Made by a program: the position numbers and the translations under genes
Notes under the pieces: model-generated
Told to the model about the DNA's origin: nothing
The model's input: the letters and a program-made list of their open reading frames with translations, nothing else
Database searches by the model: none
Virus record (IMG/VR): IMGVR_UViG_3300030104_005963
DNA: 64,000 nucleotides
DNA from: a virus
Reading direction: 5' to 3' (one strand)
In this document: in pieces, positions 1-8,109 of the stretch
Layout: every line of letters starts with the position of its first letter
Position numbering within the stretch: position 1 is the first letter of the stretch

Positions 1-1
1 T

Positions 2-673
2 GAAACTGATGAAGATGATCTTATTGGCGGTTTCCGTCTTGTTAATGGTGAAACCGTCTGGCACAATGGCCCAGTCATTGAAGCACTCCAACGAGGAGCT
101 ATCTTGCTCCTTGATGAGATCGACCTTGCCTCTAATAAAATTCTCTGTCTCCAATCTATCCTTGAAGGAAATGGAGTCTTCCTCAAGAAAATTGGACAGT
201 TTATCCGTCCCAGTGCAGGTTTCAACGTCATCGCAACCGCAAACACTAAGGGTAAAGGTTCAGATGACGGACGATTCATTGGAACTAACGTGCTCAACGA
301 AGCATTCCTTGAAAGATTCCCAGTAACCTTTGAGCAATCTTATCCTGCTCCTTCCAGTGAGGCAAAGATTCTTTCTAAGATTGCTGATGGTCTTGGTATC
401 GATGATGATAACTTTATCTCTCGTCTAGTTGATTGGGCGGACATCATTCGTAAGACATTTTATGATGGTGGTATTGATGAAATTATCAGCACTCGTCGTC
501 TGACTCACATCATTCGTGCCTATAGTATCTTTAATGATAAGGCAAAGGCAATTCAAAATTGCATCAATCGTTTTGATGATGAGACTAAGCAGTCCTTCAT
601 TGAACTGTATGACAAAGTTGATGCAGAATTCCAAATGCCTTCCGAAGAAGTTGCAACAGAAGAGGTTGCATGA
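2..673 (+). CDS. cobS: CobS/MoxR-like AAA+ ATPase, 5'-truncated by the window edge
   Basis: Frame is open from base 2 (ETDEDDLIGGFRLVNGETVWHNGPVIEALQRGAILLLDEID). Walker B LLLDEID, sensor-1 IATAN and AFLERF are present. Confidence 0.85.
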   Translation, partial: ETDEDDLIGGFRLVNGETVWHNGPVIEALQRGAILLLDEIDLASNKILCLQSILEGNGVFLKKIGQFIRPSAGFNVIATANTKGKGSDDGRFIGTNVLNEAFLERFPVTFEQSYPAPSSEAKILSKIADGLGIDDDNFISRLVDWADIIRKTFYDGGIDEIISTRRLTHIIRAYSIFNDKAKAIQNCINRFDDETKQSFIELYDKVDAEFQMPSEEVATEEVA

Positions 674-679
674 TATAAT
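651..679 (+). promoter_or_regulatory. sigma70-like (early) promoter
   Basis: TTGCAA (651-656), 17 nt spacer, TATAAT (674-679). Confidence 0.6.
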
Positions 680-1112
680 GAATAATAAAGAACAAATGCT
701 TAATGCTTGGTCACTTTTATATGATGAAATGATTACCACTGCAAACTCAGACGACTATCAAGATTTTTGGGAAAACAGTGACCCCAATACAAAAACAATT
801 AATTTTAATATGGACAAACCACATTTTTGGAAATACAGTGAGGATGCAATACTTACTGAACTAAAAGAATATATTAGCAGCACATATAGGCAACACTATT
901 CTGCTGGTAATGATAAAATCCAGACTCTTGATCTGATTGAAGCTTGTGGTGATGGTGAAGCATTTTGCCGATCCAATATCCTCAAGTATGCCTCACGATA
1001 CGATAAGAAAGGCACTGCTCGTCGGGATATTATTAAAATTCTTCACTATGCAGTTCTTCTTCTGCATTTTAGTGATAAGAGCGCACCTCCGACTGAGACT
1101 TATAATCAATGA
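678..1112 (+). CDS. Conserved T4-like cyanophage protein (DUF3310-like)
   Basis: Motif CRSNILKYASRYDKKGTARRDIIKILHY. Start moved to the ATG at 678 because the longer ORF overlaps cobS. Confidence 0.6.
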   Translation: MNNKEQMLNAWSLLYDEMITTANSDDYQDFWENSDPNTKTINFNMDKPHFWKYSEDAILTELKEYISSTYRQHYSAGNDKIQTLDLIEACGDGEAFCRSNILKYASRYDKKGTARRDIIKILHYAVLLLHFSDKSAPPTETYNQ

Positions 1113-1795
1113 AACTTCCATCTAAAACAATGAAACTCTCTGAAAAAACTCTGAATATTCTGAAGAACTTTTCTTCCATCAATCAATCGATTCTTGTAAA
1201 ACAGGGTAATCAACTTCGTACTATTTCTGTTGCCAAGAATATTCTGGCAGAGGCAGAAATTAAAGAAGATTTTCCTCGTGATTTTGCAATTTATGATTTG
1301 AATCAGTTTCTAAATGGTTTGAGTCTCCACCAAGATCCTGAAATGGATTTTTCTCCAGACTCTTATGTCAATATTCGTGAGGGAAAACGTCGGGTCAAGT
1401 ATTTTTATGCTGATCCAAATGTTATTATCTCTCCTCCCGAGAAAGCAATTCAACTTCCATCACAGGATGTTTGTTTTCAATTAGATAGTGTGACACTTGA
1501 GAAATTGTTGAAAGCAGCAGCAGTATATCAACTTCCCGATCTTTGCGCTGTCGGAGAAGCAGGTGTAATTAAATTGGTTGTTCGTGATAAGAAAAACGAT
1601 ACTTCCATTGAGTATGCTGAGGTTGTTGGTGAAACTGATAAAGAGTTCACATTTAATTTCAAGATTGAAAACATTAAAATTATTCCCGGTGCTTATGATG
1701 TCGTTGTGTCATCTAAATTACTGTCCAAATTTACTAATTCAAATCATGATTTGAAGTATTATATTGCTCTGGAACCTGACTCTACATTTGGATGA
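1109..1795 (+). CDS. gp45: DNA polymerase sliding clamp gp45 (alternative start 1130)
   Basis: MKLSEKTLNILKNFSSINQSI...FAIYDLNQFL, YYIALE; located in the replication module. Confidence 0.95.
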   Translation: MKLPSKTMKLSEKTLNILKNFSSINQSILVKQGNQLRTISVAKNILAEAEIKEDFPRDFAIYDLNQFLNGLSLHQDPEMDFSPDSYVNIREGKRRVKYFYADPNVIISPPEKAIQLPSQDVCFQLDSVTLEKLLKAAAVYQLPDLCAVGEAGVIKLVVRDKKNDTSIEYAEVVGETDKEFTFNFKIENIKIIPGAYDVVVSSKLLSKFTNSNHDLKYYIALEPDSTFG

Positions 1796-2127
1796 TACAC
1801 ATTCTTTTTACATTGAAGGGATGTCCTTTTGGATTTTTAGATGATGAGGCACATATTCGTAATGTTCTTGCGAATGCCGCTCAGTTATCTGAAAGCACTT
1901 TATTAGACATTTCTTCTCACAAGTTTGATCCTTATGGAGTAACTGCCGTAGCACTTCTTGCCGATTCTCATATTTCAATTCATACATGGCCTGAGAATGG
2001 TGTGGCAGTTTGTGATGTATTTACTTGTGGAGAACATACAAGTCCTTGGAATGCTTCTCGATACATGTATGATGCTATGGGTGCAACCAGTCATGTAACC
2101 GAAACCTTTACTAGACCTTTGGAATGA
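1792..2127 (+). CDS. speD: S-adenosylmethionine decarboxylase proenzyme-like (class 1b), variant cleavage site
   Basis: GVTAVALLADSHISIHTWPE and CDVFTCG motifs. Confidence 0.9.
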   Translation: MIHILFTLKGCPFGFLDDEAHIRNVLANAAQLSESTLLDISSHKFDPYGVTAVALLADSHISIHTWPENGVAVCDVFTCGEHTSPWNASRYMYDAMGATSHVTETFTRPLE

Positions 2128-2651
2128 ACATTTTTGCCACAGAGCAATGTCCAAAAAATTCTGCAATGGTATTGCCAGACAAGCATGTTGTCAAAATGCC
2201 TTTAGAATCTTGTCAAATGCTTTCTATCATTTTTTCAAAATGGTATTATGATTGGGGTACAATACCAAAAGCAAATGGTGAGGCATATGCCACACGAAAG
2301 GGTGCATTTCGTAATCATCCCTCTACTAAGTGGGCAGCAGCATCGATCTATAACACTGCCTGGTTGATCCAACATGGTTGTGCATTAGCAAGTGAATATC
2401 ATTATAGATATGGTAAAATTCACACATGCTCCAAAACTCTATTTGAGGCTAAAAAATTATTTCATCGTAAAACAAAAATGACAATCGTTTGTCATACACA
2501 GGCAGAAAATTTTTCTCGTGCCATGCCTGACGAATGGAAATTTGATGATACAATAGATACGTTTACTGCCTATAAACGGTATATTGCATCTAAACCTTGG
2601 GTGAAGGATAATTATCTTCGCATCCCTGATCGCAAACCTGATTGGATTTAA
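2124..2651 (+). CDS. Pyrimidine-dimer DNA glycosylase-like (DenV-related family) protein
   Basis: MNIF...PDKHVVKMPLESCQML, NHPSTKW, RYGKIH pattern typical of this phage family. Confidence 0.6.
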   Translation: MNIFATEQCPKNSAMVLPDKHVVKMPLESCQMLSIIFSKWYYDWGTIPKANGEAYATRKGAFRNHPSTKWAAASIYNTAWLIQHGCALASEYHYRYGKIHTCSKTLFEAKKLFHRKTKMTIVCHTQAENFSRAMPDEWKFDDTIDTFTAYKRYIASKPWVKDNYLRIPDRKPDWI

Positions 2652-3595
2652 TTATGAGTGATTTTATTTGGGTCGAAAAGTATCGACCAAAAACTATTGA
2701 AGAGTGTATACTTCCTGACAGTACTAAAAAAACTTTTCAATCTTTCCTAGATAAAGGAGAGATTCCTAATATGCTACTTGCCGGTCCTCCAGGCATTGGT
2801 AAAACAACTGTAGCAAAGGCACTCTGTAATGAACTTGGGGTAGATGTTTATGTCATCAACGGATCCGATGAGGGACGATTCCTTGATACCGTCAGAAATA
2901 ATGCGAAAAACTTTGCTTCGACCGTATCACTTACGTCAGATTCTAAACACAAAGTCATTATCATTGACGAAGCTGACAACACATCCAACGATGTACAACT
3001 CCTCCTACGGGCGTTTATTGAGGAGTTCGCTGGCAATTGCAGATTCATCTTCACCTGCAACTACAAAAACAAAATCCTCGAACCACTTCATTCCCGTTGC
3101 ACAGTGGTTGAATTCGGAATTAGGGGAAGAGACCGTCAAACCATTGCCGCCCAGTTCTTCAAAAGAATCCAAGAAATCTTGGATACAGAAAGTGTTGAAT
3201 ATGATAACAAGGTCCTGGTAGAACTGATAAACAAACACTTTCCTGATTGGAGACGTGTATTAAATGAGTGTCAAAGATATTCTGTTAGTGGTAAAATTGA
3301 TTCTGGCATCCTTGCCACGTTCTCTGATGTTGCTGTAAATGAACTTATTAAAGACCTTAAAGAGAAAAATTTCTCGGAAGTCCGGAAGTGGATTGTTTCT
3401 AACTTGGACAATGATATTTCTATTCTTTTGCGTCGTATTTACGATGCTCTTTATGATTCCTTGGTTCCGGGTTCTATTCCCGCTGCTGTGCTTGTACTTG
3501 CTAAGTATCAGTATCAGGGTGCGTTCGTGGCGGATCAGGAAATAAACATGCTTGCTTGTCTAACTGAGATCATGGTGGAGTGTGAATTTAAATGA
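2642..3595 (+). CDS. gp44: Clamp loader ATPase subunit gp44 (likely start 2654)
   Basis: WVEKYRP, Walker A GPPGIGKT, Walker B IIDEAD, HSRC (SRC) motif. Confidence 0.97.
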   Translation: MDLIMSDFIWVEKYRPKTIEECILPDSTKKTFQSFLDKGEIPNMLLAGPPGIGKTTVAKALCNELGVDVYVINGSDEGRFLDTVRNNAKNFASTVSLTSDSKHKVIIIDEADNTSNDVQLLLRAFIEEFAGNCRFIFTCNYKNKILEPLHSRCTVVEFGIRGRDRQTIAAQFFKRIQEILDTESVEYDNKVLVELINKHFPDWRRVLNECQRYSVSGKIDSGILATFSDVAVNELIKDLKEKNFSEVRKWIVSNLDNDISILLRRIYDALYDSLVPGSIPAAVLVLAKYQYQGAFVADQEINMLACLTEIMVECEFK

Positions 3596-4083
3596 ATAAA
3601 ACTAGATATTATCTAAAATTTGGAAAGCAGACATCAACTTTTGGTGTAGATCCAAAAAACTGGATGAAAGAATTTGGTTGGGAATTTGTCAAGTCTAATG
3701 GGGTAAAAGTTTATTATGATGAAGATTTAAAGCAACTTTATTGCTATGAAAAACCAACCCTTTTATCTCAATATGATTGGGGTAAAACAATGTATTCATT
3801 ACACTCTGCAGATTTGATGATTGATTTTGAAAAAGAAGTTGAAATCACTGAAGAGGTTGTAAAATTAAAACCTGGAAAATCTCAAAAAACTCAATGGAAA
3901 AGTAGTAACAAGGGTGGTAATGGTAAAAATGTAACGTTAAATCCAAAACCCTCTAATGTTACTAAAAATCCTGGACCAGTTAGATACTATAGTAAATCAG
4001 ATCAGGATGGATTTACTAGAATAAATAAACCAAAAAATAATCCTCCAAAGGGAACTATTGTTGGAATTTTTACTGGAGTGTGA
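3592..4083 (+). CDS. Hypothetical protein
   Basis: 163-aa ORF coupled to the gp44 stop (ATGA overlap); no recognisable motif. Confidence 0.6.
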   Translation: MNKTRYYLKFGKQTSTFGVDPKNWMKEFGWEFVKSNGVKVYYDEDLKQLYCYEKPTLLSQYDWGKTMYSLHSADLMIDFEKEVEITEEVVKLKPGKSQKTQWKSSNKGGNGKNVTLNPKPSNVTKNPGPVRYYSKSDQDGFTRINKPKNNPPKGTIVGIFTGV

Positions 4084-4089
4084 ATTCAA

Positions 4090-4263
4090 ATGAAACATCG
4101 TGATAACTATTATGTCAAGTTTGATGATGAAGAACTTCGGCAAATCTTGAAAGAGATTAGTAGTGAAGAAGTTAAAGAGAGGATAAGAAGTTCATTGGGA
4201 AAAACAATTGATCCTATAGATAAGTTTCACGCAACTATCGCATATTATAATAATGAAGTTTAA
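4090..4263 (+). CDS. Small hypothetical protein (57 aa, not in ORF track)
   Basis: MKHRDNYYVKFDDEELRQILKEI...AYYNNEV* fills the gap before purS. Confidence 0.55.
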   Translation: MKHRDNYYVKFDDEELRQILKEISSEEVKERIRSSLGKTIDPIDKFHATIAYYNNEV

Positions 4264-4507
4264 AGCAAAAATTTATGTTAGACTAAGAGCAGCAGTTGAT
4301 GATTCTGCAGGTAATGCAGTTCGTCAAGCTTGTGGAACACTCTCTGATTTAAAGATGGAAAAGTTGAGATTGGGAAAACTAATTGAGATTGATTTTGAGG
4401 CACCCGATAAAGAATATGCCGAGAAAGAAATTGAAATGTTAAGTGACAGACTATTTGCTAATGCTGTAATTGAAGACTATGAATGGAGTGTAAAATCAAG
4501 TGAATAA
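4253..4507 (+). CDS. purS: Phosphoribosylformylglycinamidine synthase subunit PurS
   Basis: Size 84 aa; V.LR..V.D..G.AV, LRLGKLIEI, LFANAVIEDY pattern. Confidence 0.85.
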   Translation: MKFKAKIYVRLRAAVDDSAGNAVRQACGTLSDLKMEKLRLGKLIEIDFEAPDKEYAEKEIEMLSDRLFANAVIEDYEWSVKSSE

Positions 4508-4697
4508 AAATGAACTTGAAGAACTTAGATATGACGTAGCACATCATTTACTTAGTAGAATGAGTAAAGGTTCTCAGTTTGAATATGCATTAGATAAAAT
4601 GCTACAACTCTGTGATCAATATACAGAGAAAGAACTTAAACAAATTTTATCCAAACAAAAAAAGAAAGAGAAAAAAACTAGAGGAATAGGATTCTAA
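4500..4697 (+). CDS. Hypothetical protein
   Basis: 65-aa ORF tiled between neighbours. Confidence 0.55.
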   Translation: MNKNELEELRYDVAHHLLSRMSKGSQFEYALDKMLQLCDQYTEKELKQILSKQKKKEKKTRGIGF

Positions 4698-4966
4698 TGA
4701 TTGAACTTTTAACACAAACCGAGTTTTCATGGGCTGCCAATCACACGATTGTTGAATTTTTGGCAGGATATATATTTGGTAGTGCATTAATTATTGGAGC
4801 ACCAGGTGTGTTCTTCTTCATTGCATTTATGCCAGCACTGCAAAGAACCAAGGGAGCACAAATTGGTTACAAAGATCGTAAAGATTATGGTTACTCATCT
4901 ACCTATGAGAATGGTAAAATGGCAGATCAAAAACCTTATGTACATCAACTTTCATTGGCAGTTTAA
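4697..4966 (+). CDS. Hypothetical membrane protein
   Basis: Hydrophobic segment FLAGYIFGSALIIGAPGVFFFIAF; translationally coupled. Confidence 0.6.
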   Translation: MIELLTQTEFSWAANHTIVEFLAGYIFGSALIIGAPGVFFFIAFMPALQRTKGAQIGYKDRKDYGYSSTYENGKMADQKPYVHQLSLAV

Positions 4967-5103
4967 TGAGTGAAAAAATTGTATGGACACAAAGACCTCC
5001 TATTTCAGATAGGGAATGTATTCTTATTTGTCTAAATAATGCTCCTTGCGGAACAAATAGAAAACAAGTTGAACGATTAATTAGGGAGTATGAAACCAAA
5101 TGA
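4966..5103 (+). CDS. Small hypothetical protein (45 aa, not in ORF track)
   Basis: MSEKIVWTQRPPISDRECILICLNNAPCG...; TAATG overlap with the upstream stop. Confidence 0.5.
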   Translation: MSEKIVWTQRPPISDRECILICLNNAPCGTNRKQVERLIREYETK

Positions 5104-5300
5104 AAAAGAAAATTAGGGCACAAGTAAAGTCTAGATTCTATTATTATTTTTGGTTAATTGCCACAATCTCTGTGGTCTTTGGTCAAATTTATGTCGGAAC
5201 TGGATATCGTGTATTGCATAAAGATATGCAAGAACTCTTTAGAAAAGTAGATGGAGTTCTTCTTCACAAAGATAATACTCCTTATGGAAATATTTTATGA
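5100..5300 (+). CDS. Hypothetical membrane protein
   Basis: Basic N-terminus plus one hydrophobic helix. Confidence 0.55.
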   Translation: MKKKIRAQVKSRFYYYFWLIATISVVFGQIYVGTGYRVLHKDMQELFRKVDGVLLHKDNTPYGNIL

Positions 5301-5557
5301 ACCTGTATAAAATTAATGAAAAAAATTTAGTTGAACCAAGAGTAAAAACTACTCCTGAAAATGTAGAAGAATCAAATAGAGCGTTGTTTCATGCTACAAT
5401 GAATTTACCTTCTGCCGCCAAACACTGTGGTATGACTGAGAAGGAAATGAAATTGACCTTCTGGGAATTTTTAAAATATAATCCTGTTAATTATGAAATC
5501 ACTGAAGTCTTTGAAAACACCTCTCCGATATCCGGGAGGGAAATCGAAAGCAATTAA
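5297..5557 (+). CDS. Conserved cyanophage hypothetical protein
   Basis: MNLPSAAKHCGMT..EMKLTFWEF, HTH-like pattern. Confidence 0.55.
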   Translation: MNLYKINEKNLVEPRVKTTPENVEESNRALFHATMNLPSAAKHCGMTEKEMKLTFWEFLKYNPVNYEITEVFENTSPISGREIESN

Positions 5558-6377
5558 GACTCTTTCTAAGTGGTATCCAAAAATTATCACCGAGTATCGT
5601 GAACCATTCATTGGTGGTGGATCTATTGCGATTGATGTAACCAAGGCAAATCCAGATATTCCTGTCTGGATTAATGACCTGTATGTGCCCCTCTACAACT
5701 TCTGGAAGCAACTGCGTGATCATGGTCAGGACCTCTCAGAGAGTGTCAGAGAGCAGAAAGAGAAGATGCTTGAGAGTGGCACTCAGGATGAGAAAGACAA
5801 GTTTGCTAAGGACTTGTTCAATCAGTACTCCTCAGAAATTGATACCTATGATGATTTTCAGAAGGCAGTTGCTTTCTTCATTATGAACAAGTGTAGTTAT
5901 TCTGGTTTGACCGAGAATAGTACTTTCTCAAGAACTGCCGCTAATGCTAACTTTTCTTTGGTTGGTGCAGATAAACTTGCTCAGTTCTCACAACTAATTA
6001 AAAACTGGAATATCACTAATATTGATTATTCTAAAGTTATGAATGCTGAGGGACCTAAAAATACTTTTGTATTTCTTGACCCTCCTTATGACATCAAAGA
6101 TTTTCTGTATGGAAAAAATTACGAGATGCACAAGTTATTTGATCATGAAGTATTTGCCGAAAAAGTATATTCATGTCCTCATAACTTCATGATCACTTAC
6201 AATGTAAATGATCGTCTTCTTGAATTGTATAAAGATTATTATCTTGAATACTGGAAACTACGTTACTCCATGGTTCATCGTGGAGACAAAAATACTCAGG
6301 ATAATGTAAAAACTGAACTTCTAGTTACAAATTATTCTCTTACACCAAAAACTCCGATTGAAGAACAATGGAATTGA
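5493..6377 (+). CDS. dam: DNA adenine methyltransferase (Dam/D12 class)
   Basis: PLRYPGGKS, EPFIGGGS (motif I), FLDPPY (motif IV). Confidence 0.92.
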   Translation: MKSLKSLKTPLRYPGGKSKAIKTLSKWYPKIITEYREPFIGGGSIAIDVTKANPDIPVWINDLYVPLYNFWKQLRDHGQDLSESVREQKEKMLESGTQDEKDKFAKDLFNQYSSEIDTYDDFQKAVAFFIMNKCSYSGLTENSTFSRTAANANFSLVGADKLAQFSQLIKNWNITNIDYSKVMNAEGPKNTFVFLDPPYDIKDFLYGKNYEMHKLFDHEVFAEKVYSCPHNFMITYNVNDRLLELYKDYYLEYWKLRYSMVHRGDKNTQDNVKTELLVTNYSLTPKTPIEEQWN

Positions 6378-6748
6378 AAGATTGGTTGAACAGTATCAAT
6401 CAAACAAAAAAACATTTGATTGATGAAGATCCTTCTACTGAGAAAGACTATCCTCCATATATTATCAATCGTTGTTTCTCTGGACATATTGATACTTTGA
6501 TGTTTGCAAATGAAATGAATAAGTATCATTTTCTTCCTAAAAAGTTACAATACGACTTTCTTATAAATATTGTGAGGAAAAAGAAGAGATTCTCTCCCTG
6601 GCTCCGACAAGATAAGATCAAAGATCTTGATTATGTCAAACGTTATTATGGTTATAGTAATGAAAAGGCAAAACAGGCTTTGAAAATTCTTACACGAGAA
6701 CAAATTAACTTTATTAAATCGAAATTTGAAACTGGAGGAAAAAGATGA
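6368..6748 (+). CDS. gp62: Clamp loader subunit gp62
   Basis: LKDWLNSIN, YPPYIINR, YYGYSNEKA; immediately upstream of regA. Confidence 0.92.
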   Translation: MELKDWLNSINQTKKHLIDEDPSTEKDYPPYIINRCFSGHIDTLMFANEMNKYHFLPKKLQYDFLINIVRKKKRFSPWLRQDKIKDLDYVKRYYGYSNEKAKQALKILTREQINFIKSKFETGGKR

Positions 6749-7185
6749 GTGTTGTTAGAGAACCTGAAGTGAGTTGGTCTCCCGAACAAATGGTTGAGAT
6801 TGCTCTCAATGAACCTGATGACTTTTTGAAAGTACGTGAAACTTTGACAAGAATCGGAGTTGCATCTAGAAAGGAAAAGAAAATCTATCAGTCCTGTCAT
6901 ATTCTTCACAAGCAAGGAAGATATTTTTTAGTGCATTTTAAAGAACTATTTGCACTAGATGGAAAACATGCGAATTTGACACAAAATGACATCCAGCGCC
7001 GTAACCGTATTGCTCAACTTCTTGCTGATTGGGGTCTTATTAGTATTGTTGATTTAGAAAAAATTCAAGACATTGCACCACTAAATCAAATTAAAGTTCT
7101 TGCATATAAGGATAAGCAAGAATGGACACTAGAAACCAAGTATAATATTGGTTCTAAGAAAAAACGGACAGAGGAAACCGAATAA
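6745..7185 (+). CDS. regA: Translational repressor RegA
   Basis: DDFLKVRETLTRIGVAS, QSCHILHKQG.YF.VHFKELF.LDG. Confidence 0.96.
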   Translation: MSVVREPEVSWSPEQMVEIALNEPDDFLKVRETLTRIGVASRKEKKIYQSCHILHKQGRYFLVHFKELFALDGKHANLTQNDIQRRNRIAQLLADWGLISIVDLEKIQDIAPLNQIKVLAYKDKQEWTLETKYNIGSKKKRTEETE

Positions 7186-7217
7186 AAAACTACGGGGTTC
7201 ACCACCCCGTTTTTTTT
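7184..7217 (+). terminator. Rho-independent terminator, possibly bidirectional
   Basis: A6, then ACGGGGT-TCACC-ACCCCGT, then a T run. Confidence 0.85.
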
Positions 7218-7228
7218 ATGTTCTGTGC

Positions 7229-7236
7229 TATAAATA
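7229..7236 (+). promoter_or_regulatory. T4-type late promoter
   Basis: Exact TATAAATA upstream of hsp20. Confidence 0.75.
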
Positions 7237-7293
7237 TACCGGATGCCTTCGGGGTCCACACAATCAAATCTCGCTTTAATAAGGAGAAGTACA

Positions 7294-7728
7294 ATGAACA
7301 ACTTAGCAAAGTATAATGCCGCCAATCTAGATCAACTGCTAGACCGCATAAATAGGAATAGTATTGGTATGGATGAATACTTCAATCGTCTGTTTTCGTT
7401 GCATGAAACGACATCGAATTATCCTCCGTACAATCTAATACAGGTCAGCAACACAGAATCTGTATTAGAACTAGCACTAGCAGGATTTAAAAAAAATCAA
7501 GTAAATGTCTACACACAAGACGGTAAACTCTTTGTCGAAGGACAAAGAGAAGATGGAGAAACCAACACAGATTACGTCCATAGAGGAGTGGCTCAACGAT
7601 CTTTCACAAGGTGCTGGACACTCAGTGACGAGACGGAAGTTAGATCAGTTAGCTTTGAGGATGGGCTTCTGAGTATTACACTTGGAAAGGTAGTACCAGA
7701 GGCACACAAGAAAAAAGTATGGTTCTAA
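7294..7728 (+). CDS. hsp20: Small heat shock protein Hsp20 (IbpA-like)
   Basis: NYPPYN, ELALAGF, HRGVAQRSF, DGLLSI. SD AAGGAG at 7281-7286 supports the start at 7294. Confidence 0.95.
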   Translation: MNNLAKYNAANLDQLLDRINRNSIGMDEYFNRLFSLHETTSNYPPYNLIQVSNTESVLELALAGFKKNQVNVYTQDGKLFVEGQREDGETNTDYVHRGVAQRSFTRCWTLSDETEVRSVSFEDGLLSITLGKVVPEAHKKKVWF

Positions 7729-7755
7729 ATAGAATTGAATATCGTCGCCGCAGAT

Positions 7756-7809
7756 AGGGAGGAAACTGGCACAAACCAGTTTGACACCTCCCCTTTTTAT
7801 TGCTATACT
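7756..7809 (+). promoter_or_regulatory. Terminator hairpin overlapping a sigma70-like promoter
   Basis: AGGGAGG..CCTCCCCT-T4 hairpin; TTGACA (7781-86), 17 nt, TATACT (7804-09). Confidence 0.75.
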
Positions 7810-7830
7810 ACTTGGAGGAATTGAATCACT

Positions 7831-8109
7831 ATGGAAAAAAACATACAGTGTATTTTATTGAGAGATGATAAAGTTTTGATTGGTGAAGTTCAAGAACTGT
7901 TTGGTGAAATTGGAGAACCTGATTGTAAAATCATCAAACCATATCGAATTGTTCTTGGTATTAATACTGATACTAAAACTGAAGAGTACATTGAACCTTG
8001 GTTGACTTTTACGAATCAGGATGAGATCTTAATTCGATCAGCAGATGTTCTAACTTTTGTTGAACCAAACGGAAAACTTGTTGATGAGTATCTAGCAGCT
8101 ATTGCATAA
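7831..8109 (+). CDS. Conserved hypothetical protein upstream of gp43 (Sm-like pattern)
   Basis: 92 aa, SD GGAGG, PDCKIIKPY, EPW; stop overlaps the gp43 start. Confidence 0.7.
   Translation: MEKNIQCILLRDDKVLIGEVQELFGEIGEPDCKIIKPYRIVLGINTDTKTEEYIEPWLTFTNQDEILIRSADVLTFVEPNGKLVDEYLAAIA

Noticed and set aside
9-326. 105-aa ORF at the window start
   Set aside because: Alternative frame over the clearly conserved CobS-like frame.
7243-7293. 17-aa N-terminal extension of Hsp20 given by the ORF track
   Set aside because: That ATG sits inside the leader hairpin with no SD; the SD supports 7294.
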